Source: Lama guanicoe (Eukaryota). Taken from it: a stretch of 64,000 nucleotides of DNA. A program made the translations under genes and the position numbers. The stretch lies in the NCBI GenBank assembly GCA_013239625.1, contig MU053594.1, forward strand, positions 2,422,127 through 2,486,126, written 5' to 3'. How positions within the stretch are numbered: position 1 is the first letter of the stretch; each line of letters opens with the position of its first letter. The notes beneath the pieces were generated by a model. It ran no database searches. It saw only the letters and a program-made list of their open reading frames with translations, and was not told where the DNA came from. Below, one piece after another: positions 1 through 13,307 of the stretch.

Positions 1-2410
1 TTTAGTGTATTATTTATGAAGAGATTTGTCTTCTATGCACTCCTTTGATCTTCACATCAATCTTACAGGAAAATGATGCTTTTTTTCCCCTTCATTTTAC
101 AGAGATGAAACTGAGTCCATAGGAATTAAGTGACTTTCCCAAGGGCACTGTTGTTAGTAAGTACAAGAGCCTGGTTCCTGTCTTACTCCAGTGCCTGGCT
201 CTTGGACACTATGATATGCTTTTCTTCATAGATTCAGTGGAATGAGAATTGGAGGAATCCAGTGTGGCAAGTCAAGTGACCAATGAGGGCAAAGATAGGA
301 AGTACATGTGGAGAAGGTGGTTTATTTTCTGTCATCTAAATGGATGCTCACAGTTCCATTCCCTGGGTTCAAGGCTGAAATCTAAAGAAAAATTTTTTTG
401 GTTATAAATGTGATGAGACATTGTCATCATACTCAAGATCTCTGAGTATCAGAGGAGGCGCTGGGCTTTGACCATCGAACATCACTGTCACAACACACAT
501 TTGATAAGAATCAGCTGCTTATCTTCATTGTGTTGTACGCAGTACAGTTTGACCTGGAGGCAGAGGGCTGGATAAGATGCTCTCTGGTTGGCTGCCTGCC
601 CTAAGATTCCAGGACTGCTTCTGATGGAAGCCACAAGAGAAGCTGATGTCTCAATCTGCCACTCACCTAGGGAGACTGACCTTCCCTGGAGGAGCACTTC
701 CTTGCTCCTCACCTGGCAGTCTAAGCCCCAGGTGGCCAAGCTGTTGGTCCTTCTGGGGCTTGGCTGCTCCAGCTGTACCCAGGAGCTCAGCTATGCAAAT
801 ACCAATTATGAGTTTGTATTTGTGCCGACCTCACCTTTTGCTTTCAAACCTCCAATACAGAAAGGAATCTGTCTAGGGAATTTGGACAATAATTTTTTTG
901 GCTTGTTATTTACTTGTTTTTTGTTCAAGTGGTGAATTTTATAACTCATAGATATAAACTTTGATTTTAAAAAATATTCCTAGCTTTGTCACAGTTATTT
1001 TTCTAACAACAACAAAAAAAGCACTTTACCTTTGTTAGCTCGTCCACTTTACTTCAATCACTTGATATTCCTAAAATAAGCTGTCGCCCTTCCTGCCTCT
1101 GTATCCTAGACACGCCCTTTCTCTGCTATTGATTCACCTCCAATGCTTAGTTCAAATACTGTATTCTTGGAGAAACCCTCACCATCTAGTCATTCAGAGT
1201 AAATGACCCTGAGCTCCCAAGGCCCATTGAAGGACTCCTTCGACCTCCAGTGAGTCTCAAGGATCCCTGAGAGGAAATTCTTCCCCCTTCAGGAGGTAGG
1301 GAGGCAGGGATTGGGCTTCAAATCCACTGTAAGGACAAACCTGATGGATGAATTGTGTGCCTGTCATATCAGCCCTGAGCAGTCACCCTCTGCTCATCAG
1401 GCTGTCATGTCCTGGGAAACTCCTTTGCAATGGTCAACAGTGTCTGTTTTTGTTCCATAGCTGGATGGAAAGGGTTAAGCAGTTCAACAATTTCCCCATG
1501 GCTTGGTAATTTCTGGAGAATCCTGGCGCATGTAATTTGCATAATGCAGACTTATCTCCTGGATGATGCAGTGCCCTGCAATACCAATGCAAATGAACTG
1601 CAGCTGTATTAACCTCTGAGGCTCGGGGCGGGGGGCTGATTGGACCGCCCCCTGGGAGCCCTTGCAGGAGATCACCCTTCCCCGTCTGGTCCCAGGGATG
1701 CAAAGTACAGACAGAATTTCCTGGGAATTACGCTGAGGGTGATCCTCTCCTCATTTCATCCTGTAGTAACCTCAGCGGTCAGGGTGCGATGTCTGGGACT
1801 GTCTGAGAGCTTGACTGCGAGGTTACATAGATCTGGTCTCACATTCTGGTTCTATCACTTAGTAGTCACGTGACCAAGGGCAGATTGCTTGGTGCCCCCC
1901 CGCCCCAGTTTCCCCATCGATAAAACGGTTCCTCAAAGGATTGCTGTCGGTGGCGCGATATCATATACACACGAGCACCGTGCAGAGAGAAGCAAAGCAG
2001 TTCTCTGTTTATTGATCCTTGTAAAAGAGTTTATATAGGACATGCACGATGTCTGACATTCCATCTAAGTTATAACAATGTTAATATTCTTACGCTATTT
2101 AGGTTTCCAGGCTCCTACAGTAAGCACAGGATGTTACATGATCAAGGACAGATTGAAAGTTCATCACGAAACTTCATTAAGTAGGCCGTCTCTCACCCAG
2201 CCGGTTGTGCCTGTCTTAGGTTGTCCTCCTCTGAGGCTCTTACCCGTCACTGGCCATCCAGCCCTCCATACTGGATACATTAAAATAGGCCATCTCTTAT
2301 CCAGCCGGCTTCGTGACATTTCTCACAGCTTGTTTATCAGTTCAGCCCATGGCTTATTCTCTAGAGCCTTCAGATGGGGGCCTACAATTGCCATGAGGAT
2401 TAGATGAGAT

Positions 2411-2552
2411 GATTTATTTTTTTTTTCAGTTTTCTTTTGGTGGGGAGGTAATTAGGTTTATTTATTTATTTTTAGTGGAGGTACTGGGGATTGAACCCAG
2501 GACCTCCTCATGCTAAGCATCTGCTCTAACACTTTGAGCTATACTCTCCCCC
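2411..2552 (-). mobile_element. tRNA-derived SINE, Vic-1-like (camelid)
   Basis: Reverse complement has a tRNA-like head (tatagctcaaagtgttagagc...cttagcatg...gggttcaatcccc) and an A-rich tail. Target-site duplication tagatgagat at 2401-2410 and 2553-2562. Inserted in a MIR-like relic. Confidence 0.85.
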
Positions 2553-3095
2553 TAGATGAGATAATAAGATGTAACACAATGTACTTAGCCCAGGGCCTGA
2601 TGTCGTGAGTGACTGGTGGCTGTGGTGACGATAAGGAAGAAAACGTGTTGTTAGAGATTGCTCTCCCGAGCCTGTGAGATCTGATGCCACAATGTTCTCC
2701 CTGAATAGGAGACCATCTGCAGTGTCCTAGAAACACGTGGTTCAGCCTCACTGAACTCTGCAGCTCCATCAGGGGTGAGCAGGGGTCCTTCCTGCATGGG
2801 GATCCGCATCCCCTCAGATGATCTGCTGAGGGGTGGAAGTGAGCAAGGGATGACACTGAATCAGAGATTCCACCCCCCTTTCCAGGATAGTCTTAAGATG
2901 CTGTACAAACAGAAAACTGTCCTGTGTCCTTGTGTTCTGGTCAGATTCACTTCTCTGCCAGGCCAGAAACCTCTGGCTCACACAGGCAGAACGGGGCCTC
3001 CACCTGAGGGAGCTGCAACAGCCTAAGCTCCCACCCTTCTGAGTATCTCCCCCTCTGTCTGTAGAATCCTTGCCATTAGAAGCCCCTCTTGTGAG

Positions 3096-3582
3096 TGTAA
3101 CCAAACAGGACCTCATGGGACCTTCTAGGGTCAGACCTCTCCCCCGTGTCCTCTGCTGAGCTCCTCTCTGAAGCACCCAGGTAATAGTATCTTATGTATA
3201 TTTTCTGGATTTTTCAGACGCTAAAAACCACCACCGAAGGGAAGAAGTGAACTACTCGATGGTCAGGAGCACGTGGCCCTCAGACCTGCTGGCACTTCAG
3301 GGTTGATGGTGTTGACCACCCTGTGACTGCGACATCAGCCAATCAAAGAATTGTGCACGAGCTGATCACGTACCTTGCGACCTCCCCCCACCCCCTCAAC
3401 CTCACCTGGCTTTTAAACATACTTCGCCAAAACCCTTCGGGGAGTTCGGGGCTTTCTTGGGCATGAGCCACCCCATCCTCCTTGCTTGGCCCTGCACTAA
3501 ACCTTTCTCTGCTCCAAACTCCAATGTTTCAGTTTGCTTGGCCTCTTGGTTCCTCGGGCACATGAACTTGCCTTCGGTAACA
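3096..3582 (+). mobile_element. Solo endogenous retrovirus LTR (ERV1-like; family not assigned)
   Basis: TGTAACC...GGTAACA termini, flanks tgtgag/tgtggg, internal agccaatc (CCAAT), ttttaaa (TATA-like) and actaaa (degenerate polyA signal) in LTR order. Confidence 0.75.
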
Positions 3583-5139
3583 TGTGGGAGACCCAATGGC
3601 CTCCGTGAACGAGGAAACCTAAGACATGGGCTCACTCCTCTCCATCTCCAGGGAGATTACTGTTTTCTAATCCTGCCTCTTCGGTAGGGGTCTGGGGGTA
3701 GGATCAGAGTCTTGAGCAGGGACCTTGATGTCCCCAGGGAAGACTTAGTGAAGAAGATGGTGCTCTGAATGGCACAGAAGCATCTGAAGCTCCTTGTGTG
3801 ACCAGGAGCACTGAGTACACGGGGGCTGAGGACAGCCTTTTCCCCTTTGAAAGGTCACTTCAGGCTGGTCTTTTCCTTTAGATTTAGGGCTCTTGGATGC
3901 CCTCAGACCAGGAGTCTCTGCTGACCCCAGGTTGGAAGGGCCTGGATGTGATCCCCAGCCTCGGCCCCGCCCTTCACCCCTCCTCCTCCCCGCTGCCCGC
4001 ACCTGCAGGGTAACCCGCAGTAAAAGTTAATGAGTGATTTATTAAGCCCTGTAGGTGACATTCCTGCTATTCGCCCCCCAAATCCAGATGGCTCAAGCCA
4101 TCTTTCATTTTCATTGAGGATTTCATCTTTCATTTTAGGATTTAACAATTCAGAAAACTGATTTTGCTGAGGAGTATGGATTTGGATTTTGTGTATCATG
4201 GAGCAGTTTCTTTGCAAAGGCGTTTCAGGGGAGACTCTTAGGTGTCTGGCGTGGGAGGAAAATTCTGCCCTGCACGTTCCTCTGGGACTGGCTTTCCACC
4301 CAATCAAGATAAGGCAGGTAGAGCCATGGTCAATATTTAATCAGGATACACGGATTCGGCTCTGTAAAGGCAACACTCAGGACTTGTGTTTGCAGGCTCC
4401 AGCTAAGCGCCAAGAAAGTATTAGTCCCTGCCACGTTTTAAGGGCAAAATGACAGAGTTATTTCCCCTAAAGTCAGTCCTGGGAATTCAGATGAATATGC
4501 AGAGCTGTACATCACCCTGGACCCTTGCCTCTTCACAGCCAGGCTGAGGTTTGGGCTGGGCAGGGCTGGGAGGGGCAGAGCCCTGTCCTAACTGGACCAT
4601 CCCAGGCTCCCTTATTGCCCGGAAACTGCTCTGTCCACCTTCCCTGCTCAGCCCGTGCTGGGCACATTCAAACACATGGTGGCCTTGCAGGAAGAAAGAA
4701 ATGCTGTCTTTAGTTCTTATATTTGCCTCTTTCTCTTTCCAAAGGGCTTCTTCTAGGAATTTGGTCTCCCTGGTGGGTGAACTCCCTCCCTCAGAGCCAA
4801 GGGGCTCTGCCACGTTGGGGATAGGATGGTAGATGCTCTGAGGCTGCATCCTGAATCCCCGCCCTGCTTCCATAAACATCTTCTGATGTCAACAGACAAA
4901 TGTTTTCACCCGTGTTCTCCACCTGCCTCTCCTCTTGCATGTCACTTGCCCTTCTGTGTCTTCCCCTTTGGGGTGTGCACATGGGCTCATAAAAGCTCTT
5001 GCTGTTTCCCTGATATAAGTCCTGGAGTTGTGATGAGATACTCTTACTCCCCAGCAGATCTCTGCCAGCTCCAAGGCATACATCACAGCTCCTCACAGGT
5101 CTTTAAGAATAGTAAAAGTTGCCTACAATGATTGGTTGC

Positions 5140-5345
5140 TGTTTATGCTCTAGGCACAGGGTTGAGAGCTTTATCCATGATCCCATTTAATTCTTCATTA
5201 TTCCTCCTGAACTAAGAGTTATTACCAACTTCATTTTACAACTGAAGCTAAAGAGACACAGAGAGGTTAAGTAACTTTTTAAAGGTCACACAGCTATTGA
5301 GTGGTCAAGCCAGGACAGAAATGAAGATCTGCCTGAGTCTACACT
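5140..5345. mobile_element. MIR relic (representative of many MIR fragments in the window)
   Basis: cattttaca...gagacacagagaggttaagtaactttttaaaggtcacacagct is the MIR core. Confidence 0.7.
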
Positions 5346-7041
5346 GCGTCGTTTGCCACCACAACCGCTTCTCTAATGAAAATAATTAAAATCACTTTAG
5401 GTTGAATTTATTAAAATTGTACGAGTAACATATGACTACATTGTTCTTGCGAAAAAATTAAAACTGCTAGTATTTTATCTCCCTGGGGGAATCCCTTTTA
5501 ATGAACATCCCATAGTTTTGGTCATTTCCCCCCACTCAGTGGGTAATCACTCTCCGCTGGACCAATACAATTTCAGACCTTTTCCTATATATTTTCATCC
5601 ACGTAAATATAAACATAGAGAAGACCAGCATTACCTGCTGTTCATTAATACATGGAATCATGCTTACAAGCACCATTCCGGAACTTCTCTCACTTCACAA
5701 TACGTCTAGATCCTCTTTCCCTGTAAGCACAGCTGGTTTATAAATTTCTTGCTACCACTGCTTCAAATTTCACATTATGGGTATATACTGTAGTTTTCTG
5801 GGTTCTTTTTTGGGTCATTCCTCAATTGGTGTACATTTGAGTTGTTATCAAATTTCCATTATCACCATGTTTCAACCAAGATCTTTGAACATAGCTCCTT
5901 GTGCACATTTGTGAGTGTTTTCCTAGGGCAGAAGAAGTAGAATTGCTGTGTGATAGAGTATGCAAATTTAAAATTTTAATAGATACCAGCCAATGATCCT
6001 TCAAAGTGTCTGCGCCAATAAATAACTTCTTAGCAATTGTTACACATACGTCGGGGGAAAGTATTTTCCCTCCAGGGAGGGTAGAAAGAGAAAATGGGCT
6101 TAAATGACTGTGGCACACATACACAGGCAACAGGCAGTGAGCGTCGTGAGCTGTGGCTTCACAGTCAGGCAGGTGACAACTTCTCTGAGCCTCAGTGTTC
6201 ACATCTGCAAAATGGAGCCAATAAGCGCTCTAACTCTAACTGTTGTGAGGCTTAATTGAGACGATGCATGAAAAGCTCACAGCATAATACCATGTACGTA
6301 CGAAGCAGTTGATGACCATTATCCTCAGTTACATGGGAAGGAAAAGAGGTGAGGGGACTTTTCAGGGCTGTCTCATGGTGCGGAGGCTGAAAAGACCTAA
6401 GCAGTTTTGGCAGTGGAGGCTTGACTCTTCCTTGGTGAATTTGACAAACACTCCCTCAGAAGCCCTAAAGCAAAGCTGGTGAGTCCAAGGGTCTCACAGG
6501 GCATGGGGAGCTTCTGGGTTTCCAGATCTGTTTTCCCAGGGACACTGTTCCTCGGGTGACCATCTGTTCCAGCTTGTCCAGGACTAACGGAGTCCCCAGG
6601 AATGTGTGGGGGACTTTGAGTAGTAAAACTGGGGAGGCCTCGAGCAAACTGGGACGAATTAGTCCAGAAAGGCAAGACTTGTCTGCCGCTTGGTCTTGGG
6701 CTGAGTCCAAGCCCAGATGCTTTGGCTCGGACCCACTGGAGTCCAGCCCTGGGCCCGGGCACCTAGCTTTTCCTACCCTGGGCTCAGCGTCATTCTTCCC
6801 TCTGGGCCCTGGCAATTCCATCCCCCTTACCTCCTCGAGGTACACAGTCCTGGATTTTGACTCTGGGAGAGGTTTTTGGTTTATCAGTTGTTCTCATCTG
6901 TACAGCATCAAATGACACACACTGTTCTCTTACAAGGTGCCAGGCAAAGTGCAAAGAACTTTCCGTATCTTAACTCATTACTCCTCACGGCAATCTCATG
7001 AGGTATTATTATTATCTGTATTATCAGGTATTATTTTTTTC

Positions 7042-7092
7042 TGTATTACTCAGAGTTCCCCAGAGAAACAGAACCAACAGATGCCTGCCTGC

Positions 7093-7151
<59 letters not shown>

Positions 7152-7255
7152 GAGAGATGTACTTTAAGGAATTGACTCACATTATTAAGGAGCCTAGCAA
7201 ATCCAAATCTGCTAGTGGGGACAGCAGACCAGAGACCAGAGAAGAGCTGATGAGT
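7042..7255. mobile_element. MLT2/ERVL-like LTR fragment carrying a microsatellite
   Basis: tgtatt...ccagagaaacagaaccaacag...ttaaggaattgactcac...aatccaaatctgc resembles an MLT2 LTR end. Confidence 0.65.
7093..7150. repeat. (CTAT)n tetranucleotide microsatellite, about 14 units
   Basis: Directly visible perfect repeat. Confidence 0.97.
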
Positions 7256-10200
7256 GTGGAAACTGAGGCACAGAGGGATGCTGTAAGCTGCCCAAGGGCA
7301 CGCAGCAGTAAGAAGAGGAGCCAAAGCTTGAGCCCAGGCAATCTCTTCTTCAGGGCCTGTCCCCTAATTACTAGAGTGAACAGCCTTTGTTATACGGGGC
7401 TATTACTGTACCTATGACCTTGCCGAGTTCTCGGGAGGATAAAAAGGAACACGTCACGTGCATGGTGACTAGCAGAGAGGAGGTGGTACTTGCTGCTTCC
7501 CTTCTCCCTGATCTTTCCTGTTGTTAAAAATGAGGCACGTGGCCACAGAGTCTGGTTATTATTACGTTTAGACCCAGACCGCCCATGAGGAACAGAGTTT
7601 TGGCTAAGGGAGCATGTGCCTTATGCGTGCTTGTGATGTTGGACGCTGGTGGCATTGGGGATGCTGGGCTGGCCACCTGCATTCCTCTGTGTGTCTTTAA
7701 ACTGGAGAGGGGGCCAAACCCTTGATCAGCTAGGAGCCTGGAGGGAGATAACAGGGTCTGGGGCGGGCCTGTAAGCCCAGGGCCCTGCAGCCAGCAGGGA
7801 GAGAGGGGCCAGGTGGCTTCAGGGGACTTTGTGAGCCTGCTCTTTGTCCCAGGCTGTGGCCTGGGCATGCACCCAGCCCCTGTCTCTGCTGCCAGGCACC
7901 AAGCACATCGCTAGGATGTGGAACCAGTCAGACGGTGACCCTGAGGCCACCTCGCCTGACCCTCCACCCCAGTTATCAGTCCATCTGACCTAAGACCTGG
8001 GATGAAGTGGTTGAACTGCTGGCTGTGGTATGTGCAGGTGACATTTACACCCAGTCTGTGGCCTGTTGCGCAGGCCCTTGTCAGCTTTTGAGGGGAAGCC
8101 TCCAAAGGCAAAGAGATGGGCTCTGGAACCAGCAGGCTTGGGCTCAAATCTTGGCTGCATTTACAAACTTTGCGACACTGCTCAAGTCACTTTATCTCTC
8201 TAAGCCTCAGTTTCTTCATCTATAAAATGGGGGTAACATGACTGATCTCTGAGTTGGTGGATGGTTCTGTTAAAGGGGCTCACGTCTGTCAAAGAGCGTG
8301 ACACAGGATAGGAGCTCCTTTCTCTCTTCTGCTGGGACTCACCCATCGTCTGATTAAGACATTGGTCCTGAGGCCACCTTCTCTGACCCTCTGCTCTGTC
8401 TTCCTTGAGTCTAGAAGCATCAAGAAGGGCTCAAAGCATCTTTGGCCGGCCTCATACTTGGCGCCTAGGTTTAGAGTGACTGAAAAAGCCAGGCTGGGCT
8501 CCTGGGTTGGGGGCCAGTCTCGGCTGAGACCCACACAGTGGCAACAGTCTCCCCACAGGGAAAGCACCCCAAAGTGCTGGGGCGGCTTCTCGGACATTTC
8601 AGTTTTATCTCCCGGGAATGCGTCCTGGCTGGTTTTGATTGATTTTTTTGGCTTTCAATTTATAGCACATGAATTTTGGAATTCCCAAGCCCTCTAGCCA
8701 ATATGCAAATGGTTTCAATTTGAAGTGTAACAGACAGGTGGAATGAACGCTAGAAAGCCAGCACTTTTTGGTAGTTCCTGCCATAAAGCTGGTCACTAAA
8801 AAGCAAGATTATTTTTTCCTGCAGAAATTATTTGAGCGTCTTCCATCTTATGGCCCTTCCAGGCTGCGGTGTTGAAGAGGGAAACATTTAAGGAGAAAAT
8901 TTTAAGAAGAAGGGATTTTCCCCCCGTTTTTGGGTATGACACATTGTTTTCTGTGGGTTTAGCCAGAGTGGGCTGGGGGCTATGGTTTGGATGATGGTTG
9001 GGTCAATCTTGGATCAGAGAGGAAGATGCCAGGCAGGTCTGGGCCACCTCCCAGAGCTTGTTTTGGTCCCTCCTTGTCTATTTTTCCTTCCTCATGGGCT
9101 CTTTTGGTGGGACACTCTGGCCCTACATAACAGACCCTCACGAAGCAACTGGGATTAAGATAATGGTTAAAAGCATGAGCTTTAGAGATGGACATTCAAA
9201 TCCTTTTTCCACTTCCTGTCCTTGTGACTATGGGTACTTCATTTAACCACCCTAACACTTGAGTACCTGTAAAATGGAAGTAAAAACAGCACCTGTTTCA
9301 TTTTGCCAAGGTGAAATACATAATTATGTAAATCCCACAGTACAGCACATGACACTTTAAAACGTCCTCACTGAATGTTTCATTCTTTGTTTAAAGTATA
9401 ATCAACAAACTTAGGAACTCCAACCCACCAGCAGATGATGGGTCCTATTGTGGTCCTGAATTGTGCTAAGTGTACTGTGGGGAGACAAGAGAAAGACTGG
9501 CCTTATTTCTTGACTCCGAGGAGCTCTGGGAGAGACAGGACTTACACACGAATAGAAAATGATGTGAACAGGGTCTAATAAAATGTTAGGCTGAATGGAG
9601 CCAGTGATGAGAGGAATCGAAATGCAGGCAGAGAGGCTGCTGTGAGAACTGAGAAGGGGCCCAGAGTTTACAGAGCTGGCTTCACAGTCTTTATCACAGC
9701 CCTAGGAGGCAGACATTTTTACTCTCATTTTATTCACCAAAGGGCACTGAGGCTCAGAGACATAAAATATCCCACCCGAGTTCATCCAGGTAGAACTGGC
9801 TAGAGTTGGCGTTGGAGTCTGGATGATGAAGGGTGAGCTTGAGCTGACTTTGAAAGAAGGGTAGGATGTGGAGAGGCCAAGGATGAAGGGGAGCTCTGTT
9901 CCTTGTTTGCTGCTTTAGGGGCCTTGGAACTATGCCCCACGAGGAAGACATTGGAAGGGCTGCCTGCGGCCAGCACTGCGCTTGCCGTGCCTGGCAGGCC
10001 GTGGGCATCAGTACCAGCCAGTCCTGGCAGGTGGAGACCATGTACGGTGCCTGCCTTGCCGCAGCCCAGCAGTGAAACCCGACACATGTCTTGGCCGCCC
10101 AAGGTGCCGGACATTTGCCTTCTTTTGGTGCTGGGCACATTCCATGGCCAAGAGGCCACCTGGGTTGCCTGTCAGGGTAGGTCCACTTCGGGCTGTGTGT

Positions 10201-10549
10201 GCATTGCATTGCTGCCTGTCCTGCGGGTTTTGCATTTTTCAGAGTCTGGCGTGGAGACGCGGGGTCAGGCGTTGGGGGTGCGCTGCCTCGACTGCAGTCC
10301 TTAACAGCAATGAGACGGTTAGTGTCCTGGAACAAACATGGTTCTGGGGTGGGGGGACCTGGCTTTGAATCCTGCCCACCTCCCTTGGTTGCATAACCCG
10401 GGGCAGGGTGCCTCTCCTCTCCTGGCCTCAACTTCCTTTACCATAAAATGGGAATGGTAAAAAGAGACTTATCCTCAGTTTCATTTCGAGTATTAGATAT
10501 TATAAAGAGCCTGATCTACCTTGCTCAGTGCTCCATAAAATTAATAATC

Positions 10550-12282
10550 TTTTTAAACATTAAAAAAAATTTTATTGACTTATAATCGGTTATATTGTAT
10601 CAATTTCTGATGTACAGCATAACATCCTAGTCATGCATATATATATATGTGTGTGTGTACATATATATATATTTGTTTTTATATTCTTTTTCACTAAAGA
10701 TTATTACAAGATATTGAATGTAGTTCCCTGTGCTATACAGAAGAAACTTTTTTAAAATCCATTTTTAGACATAGTGGCTAACATTTCTAAATTTCAAACT
10801 CTCAAATTTATCCCTTCCCACCTCCTTGCCCTGGTAACCATAATATTGTTTACAATGTCTGTGAGTCTGTTTCTATTTTGTAGATGAGTTCATAGTGTCT
10901 TTTTTTTTAGGTTCCACATATGAATGACATCATATGGTATTTTTCTTTATCTTTCTGGCTCACTTCACTTAGAATGACGATTTCTAGGTCCACCCATGTT
11001 GCTGCAAATGGCATTTTATCCTTTTTATGGCTGTGTAGTATTCCATTGCATAAATATACCACAACTTCTGTTGATGGACATTTAAGTTGCTTCTATGTCT
11101 TGACTATTGTATACAGTGCTGCTATGAACATTGGGGTGCATGAATCTTTTTGAATTAGAGTTCCCTCTGGATATATGCTTAGGAGTGGGATTGCTGGATC
11201 ATATGGTAAGTCTATTTTTAGTTTTTTGAAGAATCTCCATACTGTTTTCCCTAATGGCTGCACCAAAATACATTCCCACCAGCAGTGTAGGAGAGTTCCC
11301 TTTCCTCCACATCCTCTCCAGCATTTATCATTCATGGATTTTTGAATGATGGCCATTCTGATTGGTGTGAGGTGATAGTTCATTGTAGTTTTGATTTGCA
11401 TTTCTCTGATAATTAGTGATATTGAGCATTTTTCCATATGCCTATTGGCCATTTGCATGTCTTCATTGGAGAATTGCTTGTTTAGGTCCTCTGCTCATTT
11501 TTTGGATTGGGTTTTTTGATTTTTGGTTATTAAGGTGTATGAGCTGTTTATATATTCTGGAAATTAAGCCTTTGTCAGTCACATCATTTGCAAATATTTT
11601 CTCCCATTCTGTAAGTTGTCACTTTGTTTTGCTTATGGTTTCCTTTGCTGTGCAGAAGCTTATGAGTTTAATTAGGTCCCATTTGTTTATTTTTGCTCTT
11701 ATTTCTATTGCCTGGGTGGACTGTCCTAGGAGAACATTGCTAAGATTTATGTCAGATAATGTTTTGCCTATGTTTTCTTCTAGGATATTAATTGTGTCTT
11801 TTCTTATATTTAAGTCTTAGAGCCATTTTGAGTTTACTTTTGTGTATGGAGTGAGGGAGTGTTCTAACTTCATTGATTTACATGCTTCTATCTAGTTTTC
11901 CCAACACTACTTGCTAAAGAGACTGTCTTTTCTCCATTGTATATTCTTGCCTCCTTTGTTAAAGATTAATTGATCATATATCTGTGGATTTATTTCTGGG
12001 CTCTCTATTCTGTCCTGTTGACCCATATGTCTATTTTTATGCCAATACTATGCTGTTTTGATTACTGTAGATCTGTAATATTGTCTGAAGTCTGGGAGAG
12101 TTATTCATCCAGCTTTGGTCTTTTTCTTCAGTATTGCTTTGGCAATTCTGTGTCTTTTGTGATTCCATATAAATCTTAGGATCATTTGTTCCAGTTCTGT
12201 AAAAAATGCCCTGGGTAATTTGATAGGGATCGCATTAAATCTGTAGATTGCCTTGAGCAGTATGGCCATTTTAACGATGTTG
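10550..12282 (-). mobile_element. 5'-truncated LINE-1 (ORF2 C-terminus and 3' UTR)
   Basis: ORF 11093..11458 (-) [21 protein letters not shown]...[26 protein letters not shown]...PYDPAIPLL is the L1 ORF2 Cys-rich C-terminus. Short flanking repeat aataatc at 10543 and 12283. Confidence 0.95.
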
Positions 12283-12529
12283 AATAATCATTATTTTTAA
12301 TGGTAATCACTGCTTCTGGAATATTGAGAGTTCTGAGCTCCAAAATAGTGCTTAGAAGGGAGTGAGCAGAGTTGAATACAAGAGGGTGGTGGGAGTTTGC
12401 CACAATATCTTGCTTCCTTGGACTTGGAAAGCCCCAGTTTCAAATTCCAAACTGTATGAGGGAACTTGAACTGAGGTTGAGCTTGCAGAAATCCTGTGTT
12501 TCACCAGATTGCTCAAAAAGGGCTGTGTG

Positions 12530-13307
12530 AAGGATAAATGCTGGAGAGGCTGTGGGGAAAAGGGACCCCTCCTACACTGCTGGTGGGAATGTAGTTTTGT
12601 GCAGCCACTGTAGAAAACAGTATGGAGATCCCTCCAAAAACTAAAAATAGACCTACCATATGATCCAGCAATCCCACTCCTGGGCATATATCCAGAGGGA
12701 ACCTTAATTCAAAAAGATACATGCACCCCAATGTTCATAGCAGCACTGTATACAATAGTCAAGACATAGAAGCAACTTAAATGTTCATCAACAGAAGTTG
12801 TGGTATATTTATGCAATGGAATACTACTCAGCCATAAAAAGGATAAAATAATGCCATTTGCAGCAACATAGATGGACCTGGAGATTGTCATTCTAAGTAA
12901 ATTAAGCCAGAAAGAGAAAGAAAAATGCCCTATGATATCACTTACATGTGGAATCTAAAAAAAAACAGACAAATGAACTTATTTGCAAAATAGTAAGACT
13001 CTCAGACACAGAGAACAAACTTGTGGGTAGGGAGGGGGATGGAAGGGGATAAATTGGGAATTAGAGATTTTCAGATACTAACTGATATCTATAGAATAGG
13101 TAAACAACAAGTTCATGCTGTATAGCACAGGGAACTATATTCGATATCTCATAGTAACTTCTGGTGAAAAAGAATATGAAAATGAATATATGTATATTCA
13201 TGTATGACTGAAGCATTGTGTTGTACACTAGAAACTGACACAACATTGTAAACTGACTATACTTCAAAAAATATTTATATATATCTACACACAAAGAATA
13301 AAAAGAG
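12530..13307 (+). mobile_element. 5'-truncated LINE-1 (3' end), inverted relative to the previous copy
   Basis: L1 ORF2 end plus 3' UTR; 13-bp target-site duplication aaagggctgtgtg at 12517-12529 and 13308-13320. Confidence 0.93.

Noticed and set aside
1..10000. 3' end of POU2AF1, expected by synteny on this side
   Set aside because: No recognisable POU2AF1 coding sequence seen; probably outside the window.
9754..10431. 225-aa minus-strand ORF
   Set aside because: Non-ATG start inside a MIR-like relic, no recognisable homology, no supporting splice pattern.
11093..11458. 121-aa ORF as a host gene
   Set aside because: Fragment of L1 ORF2 in a truncated element.
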